NCBI GenBank assembly: GCA_051362555.1
Contig: CM120640.1
Span: 55,406,788 to 55,470,787, forward strand
Reading direction: 5' to 3'
DNA: 64,000 bases
Source: Lingula anatina
Taxonomy: Eukaryota > Animalia > Brachiopoda
Of the stretch, positions 51,501 to 63,398 are shown piece by piece. The notes beneath the pieces are model-generated. The model did not search any database, had not been told where the DNA came from, and saw only the letters and a list, made by a program, of their open reading frames with translations. A program made the translations under genes and the position numbers. Within the stretch, counting starts at the first letter, position 1. The number at the start of each line of letters is the position of its first letter.

Positions 51501-54465
51501 TTTGAATTGGTCCTCTCTAACCTACCATTACGAAAAAGAAGCCATGCCATTGGACAATGCGACCTCTGCGGTTACGTCATTTCCTGAATATGATTGTAGA
51601 GAGGACCAATTCAAACATCAGAGGTGGAATTTGGATATACGGTTTGATTGTGCGTATGCCATGCACGGAATTTACAAACGAGCGACGGGATGATGTAGCC
51701 TGCAGTATTAGCGGTAAGCGTGCCAAGTTTTAGGCCCCTCCGATGCCCGGCAGTATTTTATTTCGATTATTATGTTGGAACTGGATTTTTCTTGTTTCAC
51801 AAGCTTCTTCTATTTTATTGTCTCTATGGAGGTATATGGGGACTTTACGACATTCGGTTTGAAGGCTTTAACCACTTGTTATAGTTTATTTTTGCATTGT
51901 ATTGGATTAATGTGGCAGTCTGAGGTTGTCCTAGGTGGTTTTCAAGTTTATGCACCGGGTTTTAATATCTTTTAGCGATTTTACGACAACCGTTTACTAT
52001 CCAATCAAGGTGACAGCCGAGCGTGGATGAAGTTCTGGAGGGTGTTCACTTTCATAATTTGGCGGTAAGTTTGCTCAGACTTCGTTTTGCGACTGCATGT
52101 GTTTTGTGCCAAAAGTAGGTCACTCTTTTCAATGTTGTCTAGGAAGAGGCAAAAAGACGTTAGTATGCAACAAAAAATGATTTTTTAAAGATTTTTGATC
52201 CAAATTTCTCATAAAACATGACCTGTCCGTCGGACAGCCAACCCTGCAACTTCACCTGTCCGAACTGAATTTTTACCTGTCCCGGACAGGCGGACAGGCG
52301 CTAATGTCGAGCCCTGGAATAGAAAATAGATTTTTAGAAAATAGACATTCCATGTGAACAAAGCCTTAAACAGAAGTTGAAAGGCGCATTATTTTGGCCT
52401 TCGTGTAATTACTCTCACTCATTAAGACTTGTCACTTTTGTATATATACTAAGCTTTATCAGTTGATATTTCATTGGTATGGACACGTGTATTGTCTTCA
52501 AATCAGTTTTACCTTGATCACTGAATGTTCTTGGATACATGGACAAGGCCAGATGAATGCATCTCATATAGCTTTCCTTGGCCTTGACTTTCATCTTAAG
52601 CACCTTGTCAAACACTTTACCAATGCGACTCAGAGCAATAGCTTCCATTTCAACCTACAAGTACAGGATAAGAAATAGATAGAAGCCTTATTTATTTTTT
52701 CAACTAACAACTGTTTACTTATATCTGCAAACTATTAAATAGATATTGATTCGGACAAAGAAAATACAGGCAATATTATAAAAACTAGACTGCAAAGCTG
52801 GCAAATATACAAACATTAGAATAGATAGTGAGCAGAACGTAAAGATAAGATAAAGCTTTATTTAGCCAAAAAATATGCAATTTTGGGAATAAATTTGAAA
52901 CTTAAAGGGTTAACAACTCTTCGTATGAAATATATAGTTAGTCCACAATAAATAGATTGTAAACAATTCATAAAAACATGAAATATTCTATTTTACCACA
53001 AAAATGGCAGTTATAGCAATTATTCTTAAATCTGTGCTTGCCATCAGACCATGTGACCTCCATAGATGGCTATACTCTTTAAGATACATACAAAGTCAAT
53101 TTTTTGTCATAAAAACCAACCAAATGCCAGCATATAGTTTCGAGTAGGGTAACTAAGAGAATTGCCAAAAGGCATTGTTTAATTTTACCGGAAAGTGATG
53201 TTTGAACAGATTTTTCTGCTAGCATTCTACGCTGTATGTCAATGGGGCAGAAAAGTAGGTCATGAAAGCAGGTTAAATTGACAACCAAAAATTTAAAGAA
53301 AGGAGCACTAAAGCTCTTTTATGGCTGATCGGGTGATTTATTCAGTTTATCCCTTGACATGTCGAATTTATTAGAGTCGTATAAGAAACTAGTAGAAGTG
53401 GTTTACATGTGTTACTGGGAATCCACGCTCCACCGATGCTCGGTTCGTATGTACCTTTAAGAGATTATTACAAAAAAAAAAAAAAGCTTTTTAGAAAAAA
53501 ACCATGGACTAACTATGGATGTAGAAATGTATTCATTAACCATTGGTAAGTATGGGAAAATTGTTGGGGCTGTTTTATCTAAAAATTAGTTTGGCCAAAG
53601 AGAGTATGTTTTAAACAAGGCAGCAAAGCTGTCAAATGTACAGACAAAAAACAGAAAATAAAGATGCAAAAAAGGTCATTTTGTCAATTTTGATGCAATA
53701 ATAAATAATGCTTATAATAGCACTGTCAGTCAACACTGAATTTTAATCTTGCACAACAGGTAACATGGTCAATAACAGGAGCGGACCCAGAGATATTTTC
53801 TGACAGTATTACAAAGTATCTATGTTGATCCATCCTCCATTTTGATGGTCTTCCAACAGAAAAAAATAGATACCAGTCAATATAAACTTAATAACCTGAC
53901 TGTCTTCTGGAAGACCCAGAAGATGGTCTCAATCCACCCATTCAATAAGATTACAGTTTCAGGACCATGAGAGTTCAAATTCACATTATGAAAGTCTCAA
54001 TATTTGAAAAATGATGACAGTGCATAAAATAATATTACATAATGTTTAAAGACATAAAAAACAATACAACTGCTTATGTAGAAATACAGAAAATGTGCAG
54101 AGCCCCAGGCAGATGAGAGCCTGCCTGGGGCTAAAAGTCACAAATGCAAGTGTTTGGGAAAAAATTATAAAGGAAAACAACAAAACTAGAAAAGCACTTT
54201 GAGAGTGCAGACCTCTGCCAAGGCAGCAATTGTTGATTATTATTGATAATTGATTGATTATTGATCCGGACCACCACCAAAAATTAATCATTGTCCTCTT
54301 TGGCCCACTTCCGACAGTTCCTGAAAATTTCTGCAAAATCAGTCCATAACTTTTTGTGTTATGTGGATGACAGACAAACAGGGGTGAAAATATAACCTCC
54401 TTGGCAGAGCTTGAGGTAAATATAATTCCAATGAAGCTGCTATTCAAACTTTTAATCTTCCAGTT

Positions 54466-54536
<71 letters not shown>

Positions 54537-57500
54537 AAACTTATTTGCAATATTAAACAAAATTTACCTGCATAATTATCACTGCTTCCTTATTATTAAT
54601 CTAGCAGAGAGCTTTACCTTTGGGAGTTTACAGGGAAATAACAACAAGTGTGCTTTACGTAATCTCATTTAATGGCCTATTAAAGCAAATGACTTTATAA
54701 CTCTGAAATTAATCTAGTGATACCCAAGGGTAATTTACAGACTGACCCACTCAAAGGTCTTCAGGCCCATAAGTCACACCTTAAGAAAAGCACAAAACCA
54801 TAATGCCCAAAATAGGAGACTACCAATCCTGATGCAATAATACATTATGTTTAACTGCACAGTCAACATCAACTTATGCACAACAGATAACACAGACGAA
54901 AGTAAAAGCATAAGGCTTCAGGCCCATCAGAGTTCAAGTTTATACTTAGAAAGTGCCAGAATGAGAAAAATGAAAATTTCACAAAAAATGCATAAATACA
55001 ATAAACATGATAATCCAATAGAGCTGGTTTTCTCATGAGCTGAAGGCCAATCCTAAAAATCGTACTTGTAAGTTTAAAATTATAATAAGTAGCACAGTTT
55101 TCTTTTCATAATGTTTGCAGTAGCAGTGCAAAAAGATTGTCAATTTTGATGTAACATTACATAATAAATTAGAGAATAATTATCACCAATTTTTGTTTAT
55201 TGACTATAAATAGGATGGACATGTAGAAAATATGATTACCATTTGGCTTCATGTCCATGGGAACTCCGAGTCCCACAATGAATATGCCAAAAAAGATAAT
55301 GAATATAACACTAAAATGTATAACTTCCAGAAAAAGAAGCCAATTAGACTGCTTTTCTAACTCAGGCTGCATTTTAGTCCTGTGTTTCTTTTTTGAAAGT
55401 TTGACAGTCATAAGTAACACGGTTTTTCCATAATGGTCATCAAGGCAGCAGCACCAAAAATTGTGTTTTCTTCTATTTTGATGCAACATTACATAATGCT
55501 TAACAGCATAATGACCATCGATTTTTATAATAAAATATAAGTGTCATGGATTTTCACAAAATGTGACTAGCACGGGTCTTCAAGCCCGTGGAGGTTCTAA
55601 GTCACACCTTGGAAATGCCAATATGTGAAAAATTAAATTTTCACAAAAAACTGTTTAATTGCCAGAAAAATTTACCAAACAGACTGCATTGCCTACTGGA
55701 GCTGTATTTTAGTCCCATGTTTCTTTCCTGTAAGTTTGAGAACAATAAGTGACATGATTTTCCTTAAATGGTCATCATGGGAGCAGTGCCCAAAATAGGG
55801 GTTTCTTCAAATTTTCATTCAATATTACATAATGTTTTACAGCATAATGACCATCAATTTTTAATTATAAAATATTAGTATCATGGTTATTCAGAAAATG
55901 TGACTAGCAAAAGCCTTCAGGCCCATGGAACTTCAAAGTCACATATTGAAAATGCCAAAATGTAAACAATACAGCACTGTTCTGAAATGGGTTTATTTCC
56001 ATTTTTAACACTTTTTAAACATAAAACAAAATAAACAGTTTACTGCCATTTTTATATGACCAATGAAGAAAATTGATGAGATGGGAAAAGTATCAATAGA
56101 ACAGTTTTAAATGTCCAACTTCCTCCATTCTGAGATTCTGAACATAGTGGATGAATGCATCTGACAAACTGCAATGATATGAGTTTATTTCCATTTTTGA
56201 CACTTTATTACACAATACATGATAACAAGTTTACCATCATTTTTACAAAATCAACTAACAATGTTGTAAAGATGCAGGAAATGCCAAACAAACACATTTA
56301 CGTATCTTATTAGTTCAATAATGAGACTGTTAACATGCCTAAGAATTGAATGTGAGGAAATGTGAAAAAACAGCATTACCTTTTTAAATAATGGACTGAT
56401 TATGCTGATTTTCAAACTCAACCTGCGTTTTAGTAAGATTGGCCCCTCCTGTGAGTATAATGACAATTGGCCAATCTGTTTTTCTTATATTGTGTTATCA
56501 GTGTTGCATATATACTGAAAAAAGTGAAAAAAAACAGCATAAATTCCCTATAAGTGACCCGATCGTGCTGATTTTCGAACTTGACCTGCGTATTATGAAT
56601 ATTTATCAGTTCTGTAAGTTTCAAGCCAAAGGGTAAAACAGCTCTTCATTTATTGTGTTATCAGTGTTGCAAAAATGCTGAAAAAAAGTGAAAAAATAGC
56701 CTAAATTCACTAAAAATGACCCAATCATGCTGATTTTCGAACTTGACCTGCGTATTATGAATATTCATCAGTTCTGTAGGTTTCAAGCCAAAAGGTCAAA
56801 TGGTTTTCCATTTATGGTGTTATCGGTGCTGCATATATGTTGAAAAAAGAGAAAAAATAGCCTAAATTCACTAAAAATGACCCAATCACGCTGATTTTCG
56901 AACTTGACCTGCGTATTATGTATATTCATCAGTTCTGTAAGTTTCAAGCCAAAAGGTAAAATGGTTTTCCACTTAGGCCACACTTTTTTTATTTTTATGG
57001 ATGACATCCTCTGGGTACCCCAAAATCGGTGCGAGAGGGCGAAAAAAAAAAAAAAAACGGTCCAAAAAAAAAACAAGGCAGCAAAGCTGTCAAATGTACA
57101 GACAAAAAACAGAAAATAAAGATGCAAAAAAGGTCATTTTGTCAATTTTGATGCAATAATAAATAATGCTTATAATAGCACTGTCAGTCAACACTGAATT
57201 TTAATCTTGAACAACAGGTAACATGGTCAATAACAGGAGCGGACCCAGAGATATTTTCTGACAGTATTACAAAGTATCTATGTTGATCCATCCTCCATTT
57301 TGATGGTGTTCCAACAGAAAAAAATAGATACCAGTCAATATAAACTTAATAACCTGACTGTCTTCCGGAAGACCCAGAAGATGGTCTCAATCCACCCCTT
57401 CAATAAGATTACAGTTTCAGGACCATGAGAGTTCAAATTCACATTATGAAAGTCTCAATATTTGAAAAATGATGACAGTGCATAAAATAATATTACATAA

Positions 57501-57923
57501 TGTTTAAAGACATAAAAAACAATACAACTGCTTATGTAGAAATACAGAAAATGTGCAGAGCCCCAGGCAGATGACAGCCTGCCTGGGGCTAAAAGTCACA
57601 AATGCAAGTGTTTGAGAAAAAATTATAAAGGAAAACAACAAAACTAGAAAAGCACTTTGAGAGTGCAGACCTCTGCCAAGGCAGCAATTGTTGATTATTA
57701 TTGATAATTGATTGATTATTGATCCGGACCACCACCAAAACTTAATCATTGTCCTCTTTGGCCCACTTCCGACAGTTCCTGAAAATTTCTGCAAAATCAG
57801 TCCATAACTTTTTGTGTTATGTGGATGACAGACAAACAGGGGTGAAAATATAACCTCCTTGGCAGAGCTTGAGGTAAATATAATTCCAATGAAGCTGCTA
57901 TTCAAACTTTTAATCTTCCAGTT

Positions 57924-57980
<57 letters not shown>

Positions 57981-60900
57981 AAACTTATTTGCAATATTAA
58001 ACAAAATTTACCTGCATAATTATCACTGCTTCCTTATTATTAATCTAGCAGAGAGCTTTACCTTTGGGAGTTTACAGGGAAATAACAACAAGTGTGCTTT
58101 ACGTAATCTCATTTAATGGCCTATTAAAGCAAATGACTTTATAACTCTGAAATTAATCTAGTGATACCCAAGGGTAATTTACAGACTGACCCACTCAAAG
58201 GTCTTCAGGCCCATAAGTCACACCTTAAGAAAAGCACAAAACCATAATGCCCAAAATAGGAGACTACCAATCCTGATGCAATAATACATTATGTTTAACT
58301 GCACAGTCAACATCAACTTATGCACAACAGGTAACACAGACGAAAGTAAAAGCATAAGGCTTCAGGCCCATCAGAGTTCAAGTTTATACTTAGAAAGTGC
58401 CAGAATGAGAAAAATGAAAATTTCACAAAAAATGCATAAATACAATAAACATGATAATCCAATAGAGCTGGTTTTCTCATGAGCTGAAGGCCAATCCTAA
58501 AAATCGTACTTGTAAGTTTAAAATTATAATAAGTAGCACAGTTTTCTTTTCATAATGTTTGCAGTAGCAGTGCAAAAAGATTGTTAATTTTGATGTAACA
58601 TTACATAATAAATTAGAGAATAATTATCACCAATTTTTGTTTATTGACTATAAATAGGATGGACATGTAGAAAATATGATTACCATTTGGCTTCATGTCC
58701 ATGGGAGCTCCGAGTCCCACAATGAATATGCCAAAAAAGATAATGAATATAACACTAAAATGTATGACTTCCAGAAAAAGAAGCCAATTAGACTGCTTTT
58801 CTAACTCAGGCGGCATTTTAGTCCTGTGTTTCTTTTTTGAAAGTTTGACAGTCATAAGTAACACGGTTTTTCCATAATGGTCATCAAGGCAGCAGCACCA
58901 AAAATTGTGTTTTCTTCTATTTTGATGCAACATTACAATATGCTTAACACCATAATGACCATCGATTTTTAATAATAAAATATAAGTGTCATGGATTTTC
59001 ACAAAATGTGACTAGCACCGGTCTTCAAGCCCGTGGAGGTTCTAAGTCGCACCTTGGAACACAGACGAAACACAGGTAACACAGACGAAAGTAAAAGCAT
59101 AAGGCTTCAGGCCCATCAGAGTTCAAGTTTATACTTAGAAAGTGCCAGAATGAGAAAAATGAAAATTTCACAAAAAATGCATAAATACAATAAACATGAT
59201 AATCCAATAGAGCTGGTTTTCTCATGAGCTGAAGGCCAATCCTAAAAATCGTACTTGTAAGTTTAAAATTATAATAAGTAGCACAGTTTTCTTTTCATAA
59301 TGTTTGCAGTAGCAGTGCAAAAAGATTGTCAATTTTGATGTAACATTACATAATAAATTAGAGAATAATTATCACCAATTTTTGTTTATTGACTATAAAT
59401 AGGATGGACATGTAGAAAATATGATTACCATTTGGCTTCATGTCCATGGGAGCTCCGAGTCCCACAATGAATATGCCAAAAAAGATAATGAATATAACAC
59501 TAAAATGTATGACTTCCAGAAAAAGAAGCCAATTAGACTGCTTTTCTAACTCAGGCTGCATTTTAGTCCTGTGTTTCTTTTTTGAAAGTTTGACAGTCAT
59601 AAGTAACACGGTTTTTCCATAATGGTCATCAAGGCAGCAGCACCAAAAATTGTGTTTTCTTCTATTTTGATGCAACATTACAATATGCTTAACAGCATAA
59701 TGACCATCGATTTTTAATAATAAAATATAAGTGTCATGGATTTTCACAAAATGTGACTAGCACCGGTCTTCAAGCCCGTGGAGGTTCTAAGTCGCACCTT
59801 GGAAATGCCAATATGTGAAAAATTAAATTTTCACAAAAAACTGTTTAATTGCCAGAAAAATTTACCAAACAGACTGCATTGCCTACTGAAGCTGTATTTT
59901 AGACCCATGTTTCTTTCCTGTAAGTTTGAGAACAGTAATTGACATGATTTTTGTTAAATGGTCATCATGGGAGCAGTGCCCAAAATAGGGGTTTCTTCAA
60001 ATTTTGATGCAACATTACATAATGTTTAACAGCATAATGACCATCAATTTTTAATTATAAAATATTAGTATCACGGATATTCAGGAAATGTGACAAGCAA
60101 AGGTCTTCAGAATCATGGAACTTCAAAGTCACACCTTGAAAATGCCAATAAGTGAAAAATTAAATTTTCACAAAAAACTGTTTAATTGCCAGAAAAATTT
60201 ACCAAACAGACTGCATTGCCTACTGGAGCTGTATTTTAGTCCCATGTTTCTTTCCTGTAAGTTTGAGAACAGTAAGTGACATGATTTTTGTTAAATGGTC
60301 ATCATGGGAGCAGTGCCCAAAATAGGGGTTTCTTCAAATTTTGATGCAACATTACATAATGTTTAACAGCATAATGACCATCAATTTTTAATTATAAAAT
60401 ATTAGTATCATGGTTATTCAGAAAATGTGACTAGCAAAAGCCTTCAGGCCCATGGAACTTCAAAGTCACATATTGAAAATGCCAAAATGTAAACAATACA
60501 GCACTGTTCTGAAATGGGTTTATTTCCATTTGTAACACTTTTTAAACATAAAACAAAATAAACAGTTTACTGCCATTTTTATATGACCAATGAAGAAAAT
60601 TGATGAGATGGGAAAAGTATCAATAGAACAGTTTTAAATGCCCAACTTCCTCCATTCTGAGATTCTGAACATAGTGGATGAATGCATCTGACAAACTGCA
60701 TTGATATGAGTTTATTTCCATTTTTGACACTTTATTACACAATACATGATAACAAGTTTACCATCATTTTTACAAAATCAACTAACAATGTTGTAAAGAT
60801 GCAGGAAATGCCAAACAAACACATTTATGTATCTTATTAGTTCAATAATGAGACTGTTAACATGCCTAAGAATTGAATGTGAGGAAATGTGAAAAAACAG

Positions 60901-63398
60901 CATTACCTTTTAAAATAATGGACTGATTATGCTGATTTTCAAACTCAACCTGCGTTTTAGTAAGATTGGCCCCTCCTGTGAGTATAATGACAATTGGCCA
61001 ATCTGTTTTTCTTATATTGTGTTATCAGTGTTGCATATATACTGAAAAAAGTGAAAAAAAAACAGCATAAATTCCCTATAAGTGACCCGATCGTGCTGAT
61101 TTTCGAACTTGACCTGCGTATTATGAATATTTATCAGTTCTGTAAGTTTCAAGCCAAAGGGTACAATGGTTTTCCACTTATCGTGTTATCGGTGCTGCAT
61201 ATATGTTGAAAAAAGTGAAAAAACAGCATAAATTCCCTAAGAGTGACCCGATCATGCTGATTTTCGAACTTGACCTGCGTATTATGAATATTCATCAGTT
61301 CTGCAAGTTTCAAATCAAAAGGCAAAATGGTTTTCCACTTATCGTGTTATCGGTAAAAGTGCACGGCGACGGCGACGACGGCGACGACAGACGCAGATGA
61401 TGGCTATATGTACAGACACATCTGTGTCTGTACATAAAAAAATACTGCTTAAGTAAAGGAATGCTGTCAGTACACAGCTGGAAACACAAATTTTACCACA
61501 GAAACACGTATCAAACTAACAATATGTCTTTATCCATGCTCTCAAAATATTAAAGCATTGTGAATACTTCGTAGAAATGTAAAAAAAGTCATGAATAGAT
61601 ATACTTTTTATTACAAAATCTATTAAGGTTATTTCATGCATTTTGTTGGTATAGCAATCAATAAAACAAATATCAAACAAACAGTGTGTCTTTATTCGTA
61701 TTCTCAGAATATTAAAGCATTTTGAACACTTCACAGAAATGTTTAAAAAAATGATGCAAAGATATGCTTAATACTACCAAATCTATTAAAGGTCATTTCG
61801 GACGATGCCATTTTGTCTACTTCGACTCACACGGCCAAACTGTCAGGTGGCCTGTCCGACCTTCAGCCCACCAAATACCTCGACGCCCTTGTCGACCCTT
61901 TTTTCGCTACAGAAAACCTGGTAGCCTTTGTGCTGCTTTGTACAGAATGTCACTGAAATTTTTCGGGCGATAATCGCTGGCGGCCGCCAGCCTTTCGCAC
62001 AATAGTAAAAAGGTGATATCTCCATGCCCAATATCAATGGCATAATAATCCAAAACGACGGCACCCGTTCTCTTTATGACTTTAATTGTCGTGTAATTTG
62101 AAAGTTATCCTAGAGATGAATTTGACGGCAAAGCGGCCACATTTCCACGTGGCGATAATACGCATGCGCAGAAAGCTCATTTCCTGGCAAATTCACTAAC
62201 GACGTTTGCGCCAACCGACTTCGTTGGGGGCTGGGGGGGGGGGGGGGGGGGGGATTTTTTTTTTTTTTTCGGAGAACGGGCGAAAATCGGTGCGCGCGCA
62301 GGATGTCATCCATAAAATTAAAAAAGTGTGGCCTTATCGTGTTATCGGTGCTGCATATATGCTGAAAAAAGTGAAAAAACAGCATTAATTCCCTATAAGT
62401 GACTCGATCATGCTGATTTTCGAACTCGACCTGCGTATTATGAATATTCATCAGTTCTGTAAGTTTCAAGCCAAAAGGTACAATGGTTTTCCACTTATCG
62501 TGTTATCGGTGCTGCATATACGTTGAAAAAAGTGAAAAAACAGCATAAATTCCCTAAGAGTGACCCGATCATGCTGATTTTCGAACTTGACCTGCGTATT
62601 ATGAATATTCATCAGTTCTGCAAGTTTCAAATCAAAAGGCAAAATGGTTTTCCACTTATCGTGTTATCGGTAAAAGTGCACGGCGACGGCGACGACGGCA
62701 ACGACAGACGCAGATGATGGCTATATGTACAGACACATCTGTGTCTGTACATAAAAAATCTTTCATCAACTTAACATTTTTTTGACTTATAATTTTAAAC
62801 CTATTGACCAAAACAAAAATTACGGTGAAGTAACTCATTCCACAATAAATCAGAATGTCACCCATGTTATGCCATTTTGATGCTGAACTTTACCTCAAGC
62901 TCTCTTGTTAGCAGCACTGCCCTCCTATACCAGTCCACCACTTCCCAGATCATGGAGATGTTGAGGTCTTCCTCATTTAGTAGAATACCTTGAAGTATTT
63001 CATCACCTGCAACATTCAAGGCATGATTTTACAATTTTAAGGTGGATCTTTATGTAGTTCATACTTCCATCCAGATTTGTTTTCTTATGTAACTTATTTA
63101 CCTTTCAAGCACTAATGACAAGCACGTATTTCAAAAAGAAATTTAAAATTAATACTTCTATCAATTTAATTGTAGTACCACTTTTTTTTTAATTGTGGAT
63201 GTACCTGTGGTCCTTGCTTGAATGGACTCAGACACACACGTGTGAATGAAGACATCATTTTCTAAAATCTGCAACTCTTGAAGCAGGTCTATACCATCTC
63301 TGGCACTGCGCTTCCCCTCTTCTATAGGCTGATAACACTGGTGCATACGTTGTAAACAGTCCTTGTAGTTACCAATTTGAAGGGAAGTTATTCCAGCT
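48503..63398 (-). CDS. Uncharacterised helical/TPR-like protein with a C-terminal J-domain-like (HPD) module; last five exons, 5' part probably off the right edge
   Basis: Exons 63398-63205, 63006-62894, 52654-52513, 49277-49112, 48728-48503 with GT-AG and matching phases; C-terminus KVKKLLQQAVVHYHPDRQKQYNDKKWLVLSEEITKRLTKRYEQTK*. Confidence 0.85.
48868..48999. mobile_element. Short degenerate Harbinger-like MITE
   Basis: GGGCTCATTCCC...GGGCATGAGCCC inverted termini; resembles the 21066 family. Confidence 0.55.
49980..52316. mobile_element. CAGGGC-terminated hAT-like non-autonomous element with 5-bp TSD GAATA
   Basis: gaata|CAGGGCTAGACACTAAC...GCTAATGTCGAGCCCTG|gaata; subterminal cctgtcc/ggacagg repeats at both ends. 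Confidence 0.85.
51091..52025. mobile_element. 935-bp near-perfect foldback element, CACGCTCGG termini, 8-bp TSD GATGAAGT
   Basis: Arms 51091-51519 and 51597-52025 are reverse complements with few mismatches; GATGAAGT at 51083-51090 and 52026-52033. Confidence 0.92.
53079..53460. mobile_element. Kolobok-like MITE (TTAA flanks)
   Basis: ttaagatacatac...gtatgtacctttaa; interrupts the repeat that is contiguous at 7021-7160. Confidence 0.65.
56976..62333. mobile_element. Harbinger-like MITE (same family as 29480-30448) inserted in HINE copy D
   Basis: TTA TSD; pieces 56976-57071 and 61438-62333 join to give the sequence of the intact copy. Confidence 0.9.
57072..61437 (-). mobile_element. HINE-like element, subfamily 2 (copy E), inserted in the A-run of the MITE
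   Basis: Both ends intact, no TSD, nearly identical to copy D; extra internal 745-bp duplication. Confidence 0.9.

Larger units (their letters stand above)
49621..52365. mobile_element. Harbinger-like foldback MITE (TTA TSD) with nested insertions
   Basis: tta|GGCTTCGTTCACATGGAA...TTCCATGTGAACAAAGCC|tta; near-perfect hairpin centred at about 49823. Confidence 0.85.
53614..62754 (-). mobile_element. HINE-like element, subfamily 2 (copy D), split by nested insertions
   Basis: 3' end at 53614, head hairpin at 62725-62752; the 161-bp unit broken at ccactta (56975) resumes as tcgtgttatcgg at 62337. Confidence 0.88.

Noticed and set aside
54406-54420. 15-bp match (agagcttgaggtaaa) to the exon/donor at 62894 as exon capture
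   Set aside because: Too short, in the opposite orientation, and located in the terminus of a cargo element; probably chance.
54046-59747. Duplicated hydrophobic ORFs (MNSSFIGII..., MLHQNRRKH...)
   Set aside because: Inside repeat copies D and E; identity reflects recent repeat duplication, not coding constraint.
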